From positions 224,001 through 288,000 of the forward strand of contig JBNKCR010000098.1 in the NCBI GenBank assembly GCA_050287845.1: a DNA stretch of 64,000 bases. Reading direction: 5' to 3'. A model generated the notes under the pieces. That model did no database searches, was not told the origin of the DNA, and saw only the letters and a list, made by a program, of their open reading frames with translations. The position numbers and the translations under genes are program-made. The stretch is from Polyangia bacterium. GTDB lineage: Bacteria > Myxococcota_A > Polyangia > JAAYKL01. Shown piece after piece: positions 57,401 to 64,000 of this stretch; position 1 is the first letter of the stretch, and every line of letters begins with the position of its first letter.

Positions 57401-59723
57401 CCCGTTTGCGTGCAGCAAGGTGCTCGCGATTACCGGCGCCGATGGTGTTGCGTTGCTCGGAAGGTTGAAACGTCGATTCGCCAAGCGGAACATTGAGCTG
57501 AATTCCGTTCGGGATGCGGCTCTGATGGAGATGGACGAAAAAGGAATCGCCGTGCTCCTCGAAGATGCGGACACCGTTTTGTATGTTGCCCACGAGGGAA
57601 TGGCGCAGGTCCCCTTTGACGGCGATGCATTGCAGGGAGCGCTGACGGACAATGTCAACATGCTGTACAGCGTATTCAGAAAACTGATACCACAGCTGAC
57701 ACAGACACCCAGGCGACTGATTTTTCCGGTGACCATGGATGGCCAGTTTGGCGTCCGGGGGACGGCGGAAAATCTGTTGGGGTCGTTTCCATCCGGATTT
57801 GTGCGATGCCTCGACAAGGAGCTGGCGGAATGCATCTGCCAGCTGATTGATGCCGGAAAAATGGACTGGGCGGACGCCATTGATTTTAACATTGATGTTG
57901 TGGCACCTCAACTGGAACTGGGAATGGTGGATGGCGGGCGTGTCACCCCGGTGATGGCCCAGGTGGCACCGGCTTCCTCCCGGAAGATGCCGCTGATGGC
58001 AGGCGATGTAGTACTGGTCACCGGCGGCGCCCGGGGGATTGTGTTTGAATGTGTTTACGCACTGGCCAGATACACCGGATGCAAGCTGATACTGACCGGT
58101 CGTACCGAACTGGCAGAAGGCAATCCCGCGTGGCTGGCCACAGAACCGGAAGCCATCGACCATGTGATTCGTCAGATGGAAATTGATTTTGTGAAGAATG
58201 AGGGGATGAAACTGCCGGATGCCAAGCGCATCGGTGCCCGGTCCCGCTCTCAATGGGAGGTAGCCCGCAATTTGAAGTTGCTGGCCAACGCCGGGATTGA
58301 GGTGGTCTACGAGAAATGCGATGTGTCCAGCAAAGAGGAACTGACATCGTTGATTCGTCGGATTGGTAAGAACGAAACCATTTCGGGAATCGTGCACGGA
58401 TCGGGAATTCAGAAATCCGCCATGATTATGGATTTGCCGGATAGAAACATTGACCTCACGCTGAAAACCAAATTGACGCCGATGTTCACGTTCATCGATG
58501 AGATTGACTGGTCGTCCGTTAAACTGTTTTCCGGGTTCGGTTCCATTGCAGGACTTCTGGGAAATGCCGGACAGAGCGATTATGCACTCGGCAACGATAT
58601 GCTGGCCTGGATGGTGAAGGAGCTGATGGCTGAACATCCCCATATACAGGCACAGACGGTGGAATGGACTGCCTGGACCGGTACCGGGATGGTGAGCGAA
58701 CAGGAAGGCAAGCGTTTTAAAGAAGCGGGGCTGATTGCGCTGACTGTTGAGACCGGTGTGCCGCTGTATATGGAAGCGTTGACCGGGGTGGCTGACGGGC
58801 GGGTGGCGGCGTTCAATGCCGGTGCGGATTTTGCGGTGGGACGTTCGTTTGCGGAGTTCCCCGTCGCCGCGAGGCCCCGAACCCGTCTGGTGAAACGGGA
58901 TGCCGATACTGATAAACGGGAGATTCATTTTTCGCTGTTGACAGATACCTATATCAATCAGCATCTGGTCAATCTGGAACCGGTGATTCCCGGTACCTTT
59001 GTGACGGAGATATTTGCCGAGACGCTCCATGGTTCCAAATTGATCCCCGCTGAAATTCGGTTCCGTCGCCCTATGCAGTTGCGCGGCGACGAGCTGGATG
59101 TGGAAGTGATTCAGACCGATGACGATCAGATGATGATTGTTCCCAAAGACCGACCCGATTTGAACGCCAAAGCGTTGGCGAATCTGTCATATGCGTCGTG
59201 CCGGTTGGTGACCAGCGCACCAGTGGAAGGCGCCAAACTCAAAATAACCAAAAAAGATCTCAAGCAGCTTCAGCAGCTGAGTCTGGAAACCAGCGCCTCG
59301 TTTTATTCGATGCTCGATGAAAAGTTTTATCGGGCGCTGAAAACTGGCCCAGTGTTTCGGGGGGTGCGTGCCACCATTGAAGATGGCGATACCTTCTACA
59401 GCCTGGTCACTCTGACGACTCAGGCCCTGGCGGCCCTGGAGCAACCGGGAGAGTTTGTTTTCAACCCGGTTCTGGCAGATATGGCCGTTCAGGTAGCTGC
59501 CGCGTGGGCGATGATTCGACACAACGCCATGGAAATTCCGTTTGAAATCGGGACATTGCATGTGGCAGGCACCATCAGCTCGGAAGACGCCGTGGTCATT
59601 TGCAAAGAGATTGAAATAACCGGAGAAAAATCTACAATGGACGTGGCTGTGCGAAACCTCGATGGCAGCCTGATTATGACATTGAACGGATTGGTCCTGA
59701 AGACCATCATGACCGGAGACTGA
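51483..59723 (+). CDS. Iterative type I PKS/FAS of the Pfa-like class: KS-KS-AT-ACPx4-KR-DH
   Basis: KS1 DGACASS, EAHATST, IGHL; KS2 DSACSSG, ETHGSAN, VGHL; AT GQG, GHSFGE, AFHS; four DLGVDSV ACPs; KR TGGARGI and GQSDY; DH HLVNLEPVIP and DMAVQ. Confidence 0.92.
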   Translation: MSRYDIAVVGMGCIVPNANNLQQYWENIVSGDMYFKDMPKSLWHLKNFYSEDKTVPEKSYTIKGAFIDNFDFPALKYKMPPANLRGIDPAQLMTVVATEEALEDAGIPFRDESLTEGITIIGASGVDGFAHSAAFLKRHTFLKFMKPVLDSHGVDEETYQKLYEQMTRELDERGHIWNSSVAAVGAIPSSISNRVAQIFGLRGMNMTVDGACASSFVAIDAACHALMAGDANVAVAGGTDLGTNPPIYVGFSAVNGLSTRGIANPFDHSADGLVIGEGTAIVVLKRLEDALKNGDRIRAVIRGIGSSSDGAGQAIYNPSVQGRARALENALKNAETDRNEIQFIEAHATSTVVGDANEYDAISTVYGKRTNPQPIKLGSVKQQIGHLKAAAGVVGMVKTVLAMDNGLYPHMPRFEKLTPLANLVTDCLEVPTELTEWTLNPDGKRVAAVTSSGFGGVNYHMILEQGESYDVPPPRVVPDRRLAVVGIACRTAGADNPETFWNNITEGKDTFSRVTEPEKFGWENHFNKGPDNEKINTYVVSELDDYDANLLKHKIFPKAVSQISPTQLLALDTCDRLLEQYGFDYSEPKNIGLSFGSMHDDYYPTIFYPMLPDEYTDAIHCTEVSKSMDANVLAEACAVASAKIKEKYPPVTEHTLPGWMTNITAGRVANKLNCHGPNFTVDSACSSGMAALVPAMYQLMFGNVELMIAGGLNRQFSDTFTSGVCALGAVAQEVSRPFDEDGRGYLIGEGAVLFLLKRYADAKQNGDNIQGVIHAVGGSSEADSRSMVAPTQQSLERAIRNAIRQSDINPEAVGVSETHGSANRLSDIVEASALAAGLRPNGPTGMPVKITAIKSHVGHLYGGSAPASILSTLLSLRHRVVPGIRNLKTIRKEIAPMADLVTPVKQTEALSDACVAGAVSTLGLGGANYFTLLTGGDMDAQTKKTTTTNPGGVSARRPMTRATDQGVDDIFICLAESRSDFRGAVSRALQQDAIPHVISEGAEVNERMTVTFDSENTLKNKLNSVLKMLDSGHSLTPLESQGVFVSSVKENESRLAFCLPGQGVHYISMGRFLYDTEPVFREVVDDVHEAAMAEFSFDLLGHIYGDEDDAQIKKNLGTLVGAQTSLYAIEVALARLLISRGIVPDVMIGHSFGEISALTIAGAWTVADGYKAVVGRIKAAEIVRDAGGPALGMASVVCSDDQIAALLKVGGENVLLTNVNAPGRFILGGVKEDVKRCVELAESFGVDAQLLPIGSAFHSKYMEPAREPFKKWLKKIPCSTPTIPILSTVTGEYIDVEKCNAEYLATHLSNQLITKLDLPREINRLYSEGVKHYLEVGPRWAMTRMVDAILAGREYRAVPTLHPKVGDVEMYRRARAFLIATGHMVSAAERADVPGMFSPDFLEYMQQNEPAVLALLEEVYNRYHNSLGAGGVVKAAPSAPSRKAALKVVAPVADNAAPVSAPQSASEQVQVAAAFSNSVSVGASADLNTWKTRLREKLVVTTGYPAEMLEDDLDLEADLGVDSVQRAEIWVSLTTEYGLSQDVRPEGARTISNLGQTLAKMDVDAHGSAAAVVAPAPAPAVSEVVNAPASPVASSGTSADLNTWKTRLREKLVVTTGYPAEMLEDDLDLEADLGVDSVQRAEIWVSLVTEYGLNQDVRPEGARTISNLGQTLAKMDLDSHGGVVAAVSSAPVAGVATTPAVSEAAPVPASASPSGAVAGGNVESWKSRLREKLVVTTGYPAEMLEDDLDLEADLGVDSVQRAEIWVSLVTEHGLNQDVRPEGARTISNLAATLTQMEADAHGGGRASAGSSEPVGETVPVASPTPAVAPVAPSAGTGAGDVESWKTRLREKLVVTTGYPAEMLEDDLDLEADLGVDSVQRAEIWVSLVTEHALSQDVRPEGARTISNLAITLAQMDADKGGAAGKKTEAEVPIAGASAVNEKYELPGVAAPDDADACHLYASGTQFLDNTRMTPFACSKVLAITGADGVALLGRLKRRFAKRNIELNSVRDAALMEMDEKGIAVLLEDADTVLYVAHEGMAQVPFDGDALQGALTDNVNMLYSVFRKLIPQLTQTPRRLIFPVTMDGQFGVRGTAENLLGSFPSGFVRCLDKELAECICQLIDAGKMDWADAIDFNIDVVAPQLELGMVDGGRVTPVMAQVAPASSRKMPLMAGDVVLVTGGARGIVFECVYALARYTGCKLILTGRTELAEGNPAWLATEPEAIDHVIRQMEIDFVKNEGMKLPDAKRIGARSRSQWEVARNLKLLANAGIEVVYEKCDVSSKEELTSLIRRIGKNETISGIVHGSGIQKSAMIMDLPDRNIDLTLKTKLTPMFTFIDEIDWSSVKLFSGFGSIAGLLGNAGQSDYALGNDMLAWMVKELMAEHPHIQAQTVEWTAWTGTGMVSEQEGKRFKEAGLIALTVETGVPLYMEALTGVADGRVAAFNAGADFAVGRSFAEFPVAARPRTRLVKRDADTDKREIHFSLLTDTYINQHLVNLEPVIPGTFVTEIFAETLHGSKLIPAEIRFRRPMQLRGDELDVEVIQTDDDQMMIVPKDRPDLNAKALANLSYASCRLVTSAPVEGAKLKITKKDLKQLQQLSLETSASFYSMLDEKFYRALKTGPVFRGVRATIEDGDTFYSLVTLTTQALAALEQPGEFVFNPVLADMAVQVAAAWAMIRHNAMEIPFEIGTLHVAGTISSEDAVVICKEIEITGEKSTMDVAVRNLDGSLIMTLNGLVLKTIMTGD
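55938..57235 (+). repeat. Four tandem ACP-coding repeats (about 230 bp each) separated by Ala/Pro/Ser linkers
   Basis: Near-identical units start at about 55938, 56280, 56646 and 57003, each encoding WK(T/S)RLREKLVVTTGYPAEMLEDDLDLEADLGVDSVQRAEIW. Confidence 0.95.
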
Positions 59724-59724
59724 T

Positions 59725-62232
59725 ATGTCAGATTCACTGGGGGTATCTGTGCCTCAAAGCGTCGATGTGGCGGTAATCGGCGCAGGCCTTGGCGGTCTTG
59801 TCTGTGCGGTGGAACTGGCTCGACAGGGGCTGGATGTCTGTATTTTTGAGAAGGAAGTGGTACCGGGCGGGTATGCGCAGGCATTTCGGCGAAAAGGATT
59901 TCACTTTGATATGTCCCTGCATCATATCGGGGGATTCAAGCCGGGGGCACTTACCCATGGCGTGCTGGAAAGTATCGGCGTTCTGCAAAAGCTGCAACTG
60001 GTTCCACTGAATAATCTGTTTCGCGCGGAGTTTCCCGACTACAGCATCACACTGCCCAACGATACAGAACGGATTCTCGGGGCGCTCTCGAAAGCCTTTC
60101 CTGAAGAGGCCGATGGGATTCAAGCGCTGTTTGAGTTTTTGCCGCGGCTCAAAGCAGATGTGATTGCACCGACCATGGATCCGTATTTCAATATTCCGGT
60201 CCACGACCGTGTGAGCACGGATTTTGTTGAGAGGACATATCTTCAGTTGCTGCAGCAGTATGTCAGTGACCCTCGACTGTTGGCGGTTCTGGGCCAGATG
60301 TGGTCATATATCGGCATACCCCCCAGTCAGTCGTCTGCAAATTTTTCGGCATGTGTCAATGTGAGCGCGTTCATGGAAAAGGAGTGGGGTATCGTTGGAG
60401 GCGGGGCGGCGCTGGTCCGGGATGTACTCGAACGGCTCCGGGATTTGGGGGGAGAATGCCATGTCTCTACAGCCGTAACCGAGGTGGTGGTGGAAAACGG
60501 TCAGGCGATCGGTGTTCGACTGGAGGATGGTCGGACGGTGCGCGCGCGCATCGTGATTTCCGGGGCCAGCCCGGCCTACACCTTTGAACATCTGGTGGCG
60601 ACAGATGCGGTTTCCGAAATTTACAGATATCGACTGCGTCAGATGACGCCATCCTTGTCGATGTACGCCACCTATATCGGCCTTAATTGTCCGACCGAGC
60701 GCCTTGGAATTCCCCGGGACAATTTCTTTTTCAATCACGGATATGATCTGGATATGGCGTTTGAGCGGGTGCTGAAGCATGAAATCGATAGAACCGATTA
60801 CAGCTGCTGTAATGCCACGGCCATGAAAGCTTCGGTCGCTCCGGCCGGTTGTTCCATCATTGCATTTGCGGAACCGACACCGGCGTTTGACTGGCTGGAA
60901 ATTTCCGAATCAGCGTATCTGAAGAGGAAGCGGGATGTTCTCGATACGCTTCTCGATAAATATGAGCTCAGAATTCCCGGTCTGAAGAAGAACATAGAGG
61001 TGGTAGAATTGGTCACACCTCGTGGGATGGCCCAGCTCACCAACAATCATGAAGGCGCAATATATGGATTTGCCCAAACCCTGGAGCAGTCCAATAACAG
61101 ACGGTTGCGCAATCGCACTCCAATCACCGGTCTGTTTCTCACCGGAGCGTGGACCTGGGCAGGTGGCGGGTATGAAGGTGCAATGACCAGCGGCATACAA
61201 ACCGCCCGTACCGTCATGCAGGAATACCGGTTTCCATATCTGGCAACACCGCCCAGATTGCATTTGGACAGTGAAGCCCAGCATCCCGCAGCGGATGGTA
61301 TCACCAGCGATGGACTGGTGCCGCTGATTCCATTTGATGATAAAGTCTCTCTCGATTCTCACTACAAGTACAAGTTCGGCGTTATGGTGTACGGTGACGA
61401 ATTGAATTCAAGAGGAAACGCCGATGTGAGTTCATATCTTCGATATCTGGATCGCGCCAGGATGGAAGCCATTGAGGAGATTTGCGGCGGTGGGAATGAA
61501 TCATGGCACAAGGAATATCAAATCAAGGTGTATCGCATTGAAGCCCGATGTGCGACAGTGACGAGGCTGGCGGATAAACTGGAGGTTCGTACCGGTGCGC
61601 GTCGAATCTCCGGGCATCGGGCATCGTTCGATCAGCGGATTATCAATACACGGACAGGGCGGGTGTTGTGCGACGCGGCAGTGGAAGTACTGTTTCTGGA
61701 CGCACAGGATAACTTTGTGCCGATTCCCGAGGGGCTTGTAAACACCGACGATGCCGTGCCGGATTTTAAGAAGGACCGGCATGAGCCCGTGCCCTTCAAG
61801 AGCGATGAACAGTTTCCATTCCGCATGCGATTCCGGGTGTATTTTGAAGACACGGATTTGCAGGCTATTATGTTCCACGTTGCTTACGTCCGATATTGTG
61901 AACGGGCACTCTTCGATCTTGTACAGTCCATCTGGCCGGATGTCTCCACCAATGTCTGGATGTCCCGGACCAATGCCACGCTCTCCCGAATTGATATCCG
62001 CTATCTGAAACCCGCGTTGTTGGGCGAACAGCTGGAAGTTCGAACGGCGTTGATAGACATGGATGCGCGAAAAATTTCATTTGGGCAGCGGATTGTGAAA
62101 AACGAGACAGGCGAAGTGCTGGCTGATGTGATTACAGATGTGGAGTTCCGGGACGCGCAGGGAAATCATTTTCCCGTGCCAAAGCAGATAGCGGATATTG
62201 CCCGGGGCCAGCTGGCCCAGATGGAGCGCTAG
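59725..62232 (+). CDS. CrtI/phytoene-dehydrogenase-like FAD oxidoreductase fused to two hot-dog (4HBT/YbgC) thioesterase domains
   Basis: VIGAGLGGL, E.....PGG...F.RKGF.FD, TP.......GAIYG, TPITGLFLTGAWT..GGG..GA..SG; then YLRYLDRAR and RVYFEDTD.....H..Y.RY.ERA, IDIRYLKPA.LG. Confidence 0.85.
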   Translation: MSDSLGVSVPQSVDVAVIGAGLGGLVCAVELARQGLDVCIFEKEVVPGGYAQAFRRKGFHFDMSLHHIGGFKPGALTHGVLESIGVLQKLQLVPLNNLFRAEFPDYSITLPNDTERILGALSKAFPEEADGIQALFEFLPRLKADVIAPTMDPYFNIPVHDRVSTDFVERTYLQLLQQYVSDPRLLAVLGQMWSYIGIPPSQSSANFSACVNVSAFMEKEWGIVGGGAALVRDVLERLRDLGGECHVSTAVTEVVVENGQAIGVRLEDGRTVRARIVISGASPAYTFEHLVATDAVSEIYRYRLRQMTPSLSMYATYIGLNCPTERLGIPRDNFFFNHGYDLDMAFERVLKHEIDRTDYSCCNATAMKASVAPAGCSIIAFAEPTPAFDWLEISESAYLKRKRDVLDTLLDKYELRIPGLKKNIEVVELVTPRGMAQLTNNHEGAIYGFAQTLEQSNNRRLRNRTPITGLFLTGAWTWAGGGYEGAMTSGIQTARTVMQEYRFPYLATPPRLHLDSEAQHPAADGITSDGLVPLIPFDDKVSLDSHYKYKFGVMVYGDELNSRGNADVSSYLRYLDRARMEAIEEICGGGNESWHKEYQIKVYRIEARCATVTRLADKLEVRTGARRISGHRASFDQRIINTRTGRVLCDAAVEVLFLDAQDNFVPIPEGLVNTDDAVPDFKKDRHEPVPFKSDEQFPFRMRFRVYFEDTDLQAIMFHVAYVRYCERALFDLVQSIWPDVSTNVWMSRTNATLSRIDIRYLKPALLGEQLEVRTALIDMDARKISFGQRIVKNETGEVLADVITDVEFRDAQGNHFPVPKQIADIARGQLAQMER

Positions 62233-62236
62233 ATCG

Positions 62237-63151
62237 ATGAGTATCAAGTCGTTCATGTCGTCCAAAGAAAACCTGGCGATTGTCGAAAAAAAATCGTGGA
62301 AGTTGGGGCGTCCCCTAATCATTGAAAAAGGGTTGGCTTACTACGATTCCCACCCCGAAGAAGTGGCACAGATTCGTGAAAACCTGCGCCGGATTGGCTT
62401 GCCGGATTCCGAACGGGCACTGAATGAAACCCTTGAGCACATCGTGGCCCATTACTACGAAAAACTGTTTGCGCTGGTGAAAAGATATGAGGCGGTGTGG
62501 ATTTGTCGAAATCGGGTAACCCTGGCCCCTGGTTGCCTTGAACCGTTTGAGGAGGCAAAACGCGACGGCAAAGCTGTTTTCGTCGGGCAATCCCATTTCG
62601 GTGCCACCTATCTGCTGGGCAGCGTCCTGATGGTGAATGGGTACAACCTGAATATGGTTGGCAAATTTCCGGATCCCGTAGGGGCGATGCTCGAAAAGAG
62701 CAGTCGGGAAATTACGGAGCGCTACGGAATTGGTGCGGCAAATATCATCAATCTGGCAAAACCGGACTGCGATGCACCCATGGATATGCTCCGGGCCCTG
62801 ATTCAGAAACAAATCATTTCAAATGTATTCGATGAAAACAACGAGTTCTGCAGGCCGGTGACCTTCTGTGGACAACAGATTTTCGGCGGCAGTGGTATGG
62901 ATATGATTCTGAAGAATTTCAACGACGATCGCGTGATACTCGTAACGCCGTTTCTGCGCCGGGACAGTGATGAAACGTTTGTGTACGAGGTGGAGCGTCA
63001 CTGTTTCAGCAGCGGCGACATTATTGCCAGTTTTTATAACGCACTGGAACGCAAAGTCCGCCAATACCCTGCGCAGTGGTATTTTATTCGCGAGTTCCAC
63101 GAGAGCTTCATTGATAAACGTTCCCCTCAAAAAGCGGACAGCGTCAGGTAA
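62237..63151 (+). CDS. LpxL/HtrB-like (LPLAT superfamily) acyltransferase
   Basis: GKAV.....HFG, FD......PVTFCG, LE..VR.YP.QWY. Start at ATG 62237. Confidence 0.7.
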   Translation: MSIKSFMSSKENLAIVEKKSWKLGRPLIIEKGLAYYDSHPEEVAQIRENLRRIGLPDSERALNETLEHIVAHYYEKLFALVKRYEAVWICRNRVTLAPGCLEPFEEAKRDGKAVFVGQSHFGATYLLGSVLMVNGYNLNMVGKFPDPVGAMLEKSSREITERYGIGAANIINLAKPDCDAPMDMLRALIQKQIISNVFDENNEFCRPVTFCGQQIFGGSGMDMILKNFNDDRVILVTPFLRRDSDETFVYEVERHCFSSGDIIASFYNALERKVRQYPAQWYFIREFHESFIDKRSPQKADSVR

Positions 63152-63158
63152 CACGGCA

Positions 63159-64000
63159 TTACGGGCAATCCCGCTTCATCTTTACATAGCCTAGCATTGC
63201 CGAAAGCGCGTGCTGCATGTAATCAATGCGGACTTCGCGCACTCGCCTGTTGAAACGCCGGGCATCTTCGGTGTCTCCAGATGCCCGTTTTACAGCGCGC
63301 GGTATTGTTCCGGCATGGGGACCTTCTGTAATCTGCGCGTTCAGAAGAAAGCGCATCCCCCGTTCTATAGAAGAATAAATATCTGCTTTCAGCGCAGCAT
63401 ATGAATCGGGCAACATGCTATATGCGGCCAGCAGTCCCTCCAGGCGCGTCGCCGCCGGAGTGGTTCGTCCCCATTCGTCAAAGGCGCCATTGATGCTGCT
63501 GTCGGGGGAAATCACCTGGGTCTGGAGTATCGCCTGGCTTACCAGAACCGAGTGCCCAATGAGTCGCTGCGCTTCTTCCCTGGACAGCAAGTGGCTGCCT
63601 GATGTCGAAAATAATTTCGCCGTTGCAATCAGTGCCCAGTGATCGTGGGGGATATCCCGGTTGTCTGTTCGGCTATCGGCAAGGTGGAGCAACGCGCGTT
63701 TTGCGGCATCAGCCCACCTGATATTGTGGGTGGCGTCGTGGAGGTAAAGCAGCCCCAACGCTGCCTCCCCCGGGTAGTACAGAGATATCCAGCTATCATC
63801 CCGAGATGCGGTATCTGACCAGCATCTGGAGTAGAAGCTGCCGTCACTTTTTTGCATATACTCAATGAATGCCCCGAGATTTGTGAGTTCATCCGTGCTG
63901 AACACAGCTTCACCGGGAGCTGGTTCGCAAGCTACTGCAGCGATAATTCCGAGTCCGGTGCCGCCCAGTTTGGCCACTTCTCTGCCGTCGTGCCGATAAA
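63159..64000 (-). CDS. Alpha/alpha-barrel (six-hairpin-like) hypothetical protein, C-terminal part; continues beyond the window
   Basis: AKLGGTGLG, Q..DGSF, LYYPGEAALGL, DHW...A, RIDY.QHALSA; the frame is open to the window edge. Confidence 0.6.
   Translation of the reverse strand, partial: YRHDGREVAKLGGTGLGIIAAVACEPAPGEAVFSTDELTNLGAFIEYMQKSDGSFYSRCWSDTASRDDSWISLYYPGEAALGLLYLHDATHNIRWADAAKRALLHLADSRTDNRDIPHDHWALIATAKLFSTSGSHLLSREEAQRLIGHSVLVSQAILQTQVISPDSSINGAFDEWGRTTPAATRLEGLLAAYSMLPDSYAALKADIYSSIERGMRFLLNAQITEGPHAGTIPRAVKRASGDTEDARRFNRRVREVRIDYMQHALSAMLGYVKMKRDCP

Noticed and set aside
56901..59030. 709-aa minus-strand ORF, and similar long antisense ORFs such as 28129-29280 and 34341-35189
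   Set aside because: These are shadow frames opposite well-supported genes and have no recognisable motifs.
63159..64000. Alpha/alpha-barrel gene as a cyclase belonging to the PKS cluster
   Set aside because: It is convergent, truncated by the window edge, and shows no DxDD cyclase motif in the visible part, so the link cannot be supported.

Overview
This is a bacterial chromosomal window of roughly 50% GC. Its gene content (caspase/DUF4384/ECF cassette, Asp/Thr-rich lipoprotein, GYF/AgmX-like kinase, many sigma54 promoters) suggests a Myxococcota or related deltaproteobacterial lineage; that placement is an inference. In order along the window: a partial ABC1/UbiB kinase; an operon of fused ECF sigma/ZAS anti-sigma/TM/DUF4384 protein, secreted caspase and acidic lipoprotein; a pseudokinase with GYF and TonB-C-like domains next to an orphan EscJ-like gene; a hybrid histidine kinase; a non-GlgCAB glycogen operon (GH133, GT4, GH57, GT3-GT35 fusion); xerD, HU, a roughly 295-bp miniature IS66 derivative, tadA and ygiQ; a yjdF-class riboswitch with its yjdF gene; a copper island (YHS protein, internally deleted copA, cusCBA) with three sigma54 promoters and matching upstream inverted repeats; a Maf/HAD/GT-B glycosylation trio; a translationally coupled four-gene DUF6754 membrane cluster; and a sigma54-driven receiver protein. 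The main candidate for a new system is a lipid/polyketide cluster: an MMPL exporter divergent from a HAD phosphatase, a 2746-aa iterative PKS (KS-KS-AT-ACPx4-KR-DH, both KS keeping Cys-His-His, no ER), a CrtI-like FAD oxidoreductase fused to two hot-dog thioesterases, and an LpxL-like acyltransferase. No rRNA, tRNA or CRISPR array was recognised. All family calls come from motif recognition by eye, not from database searches.
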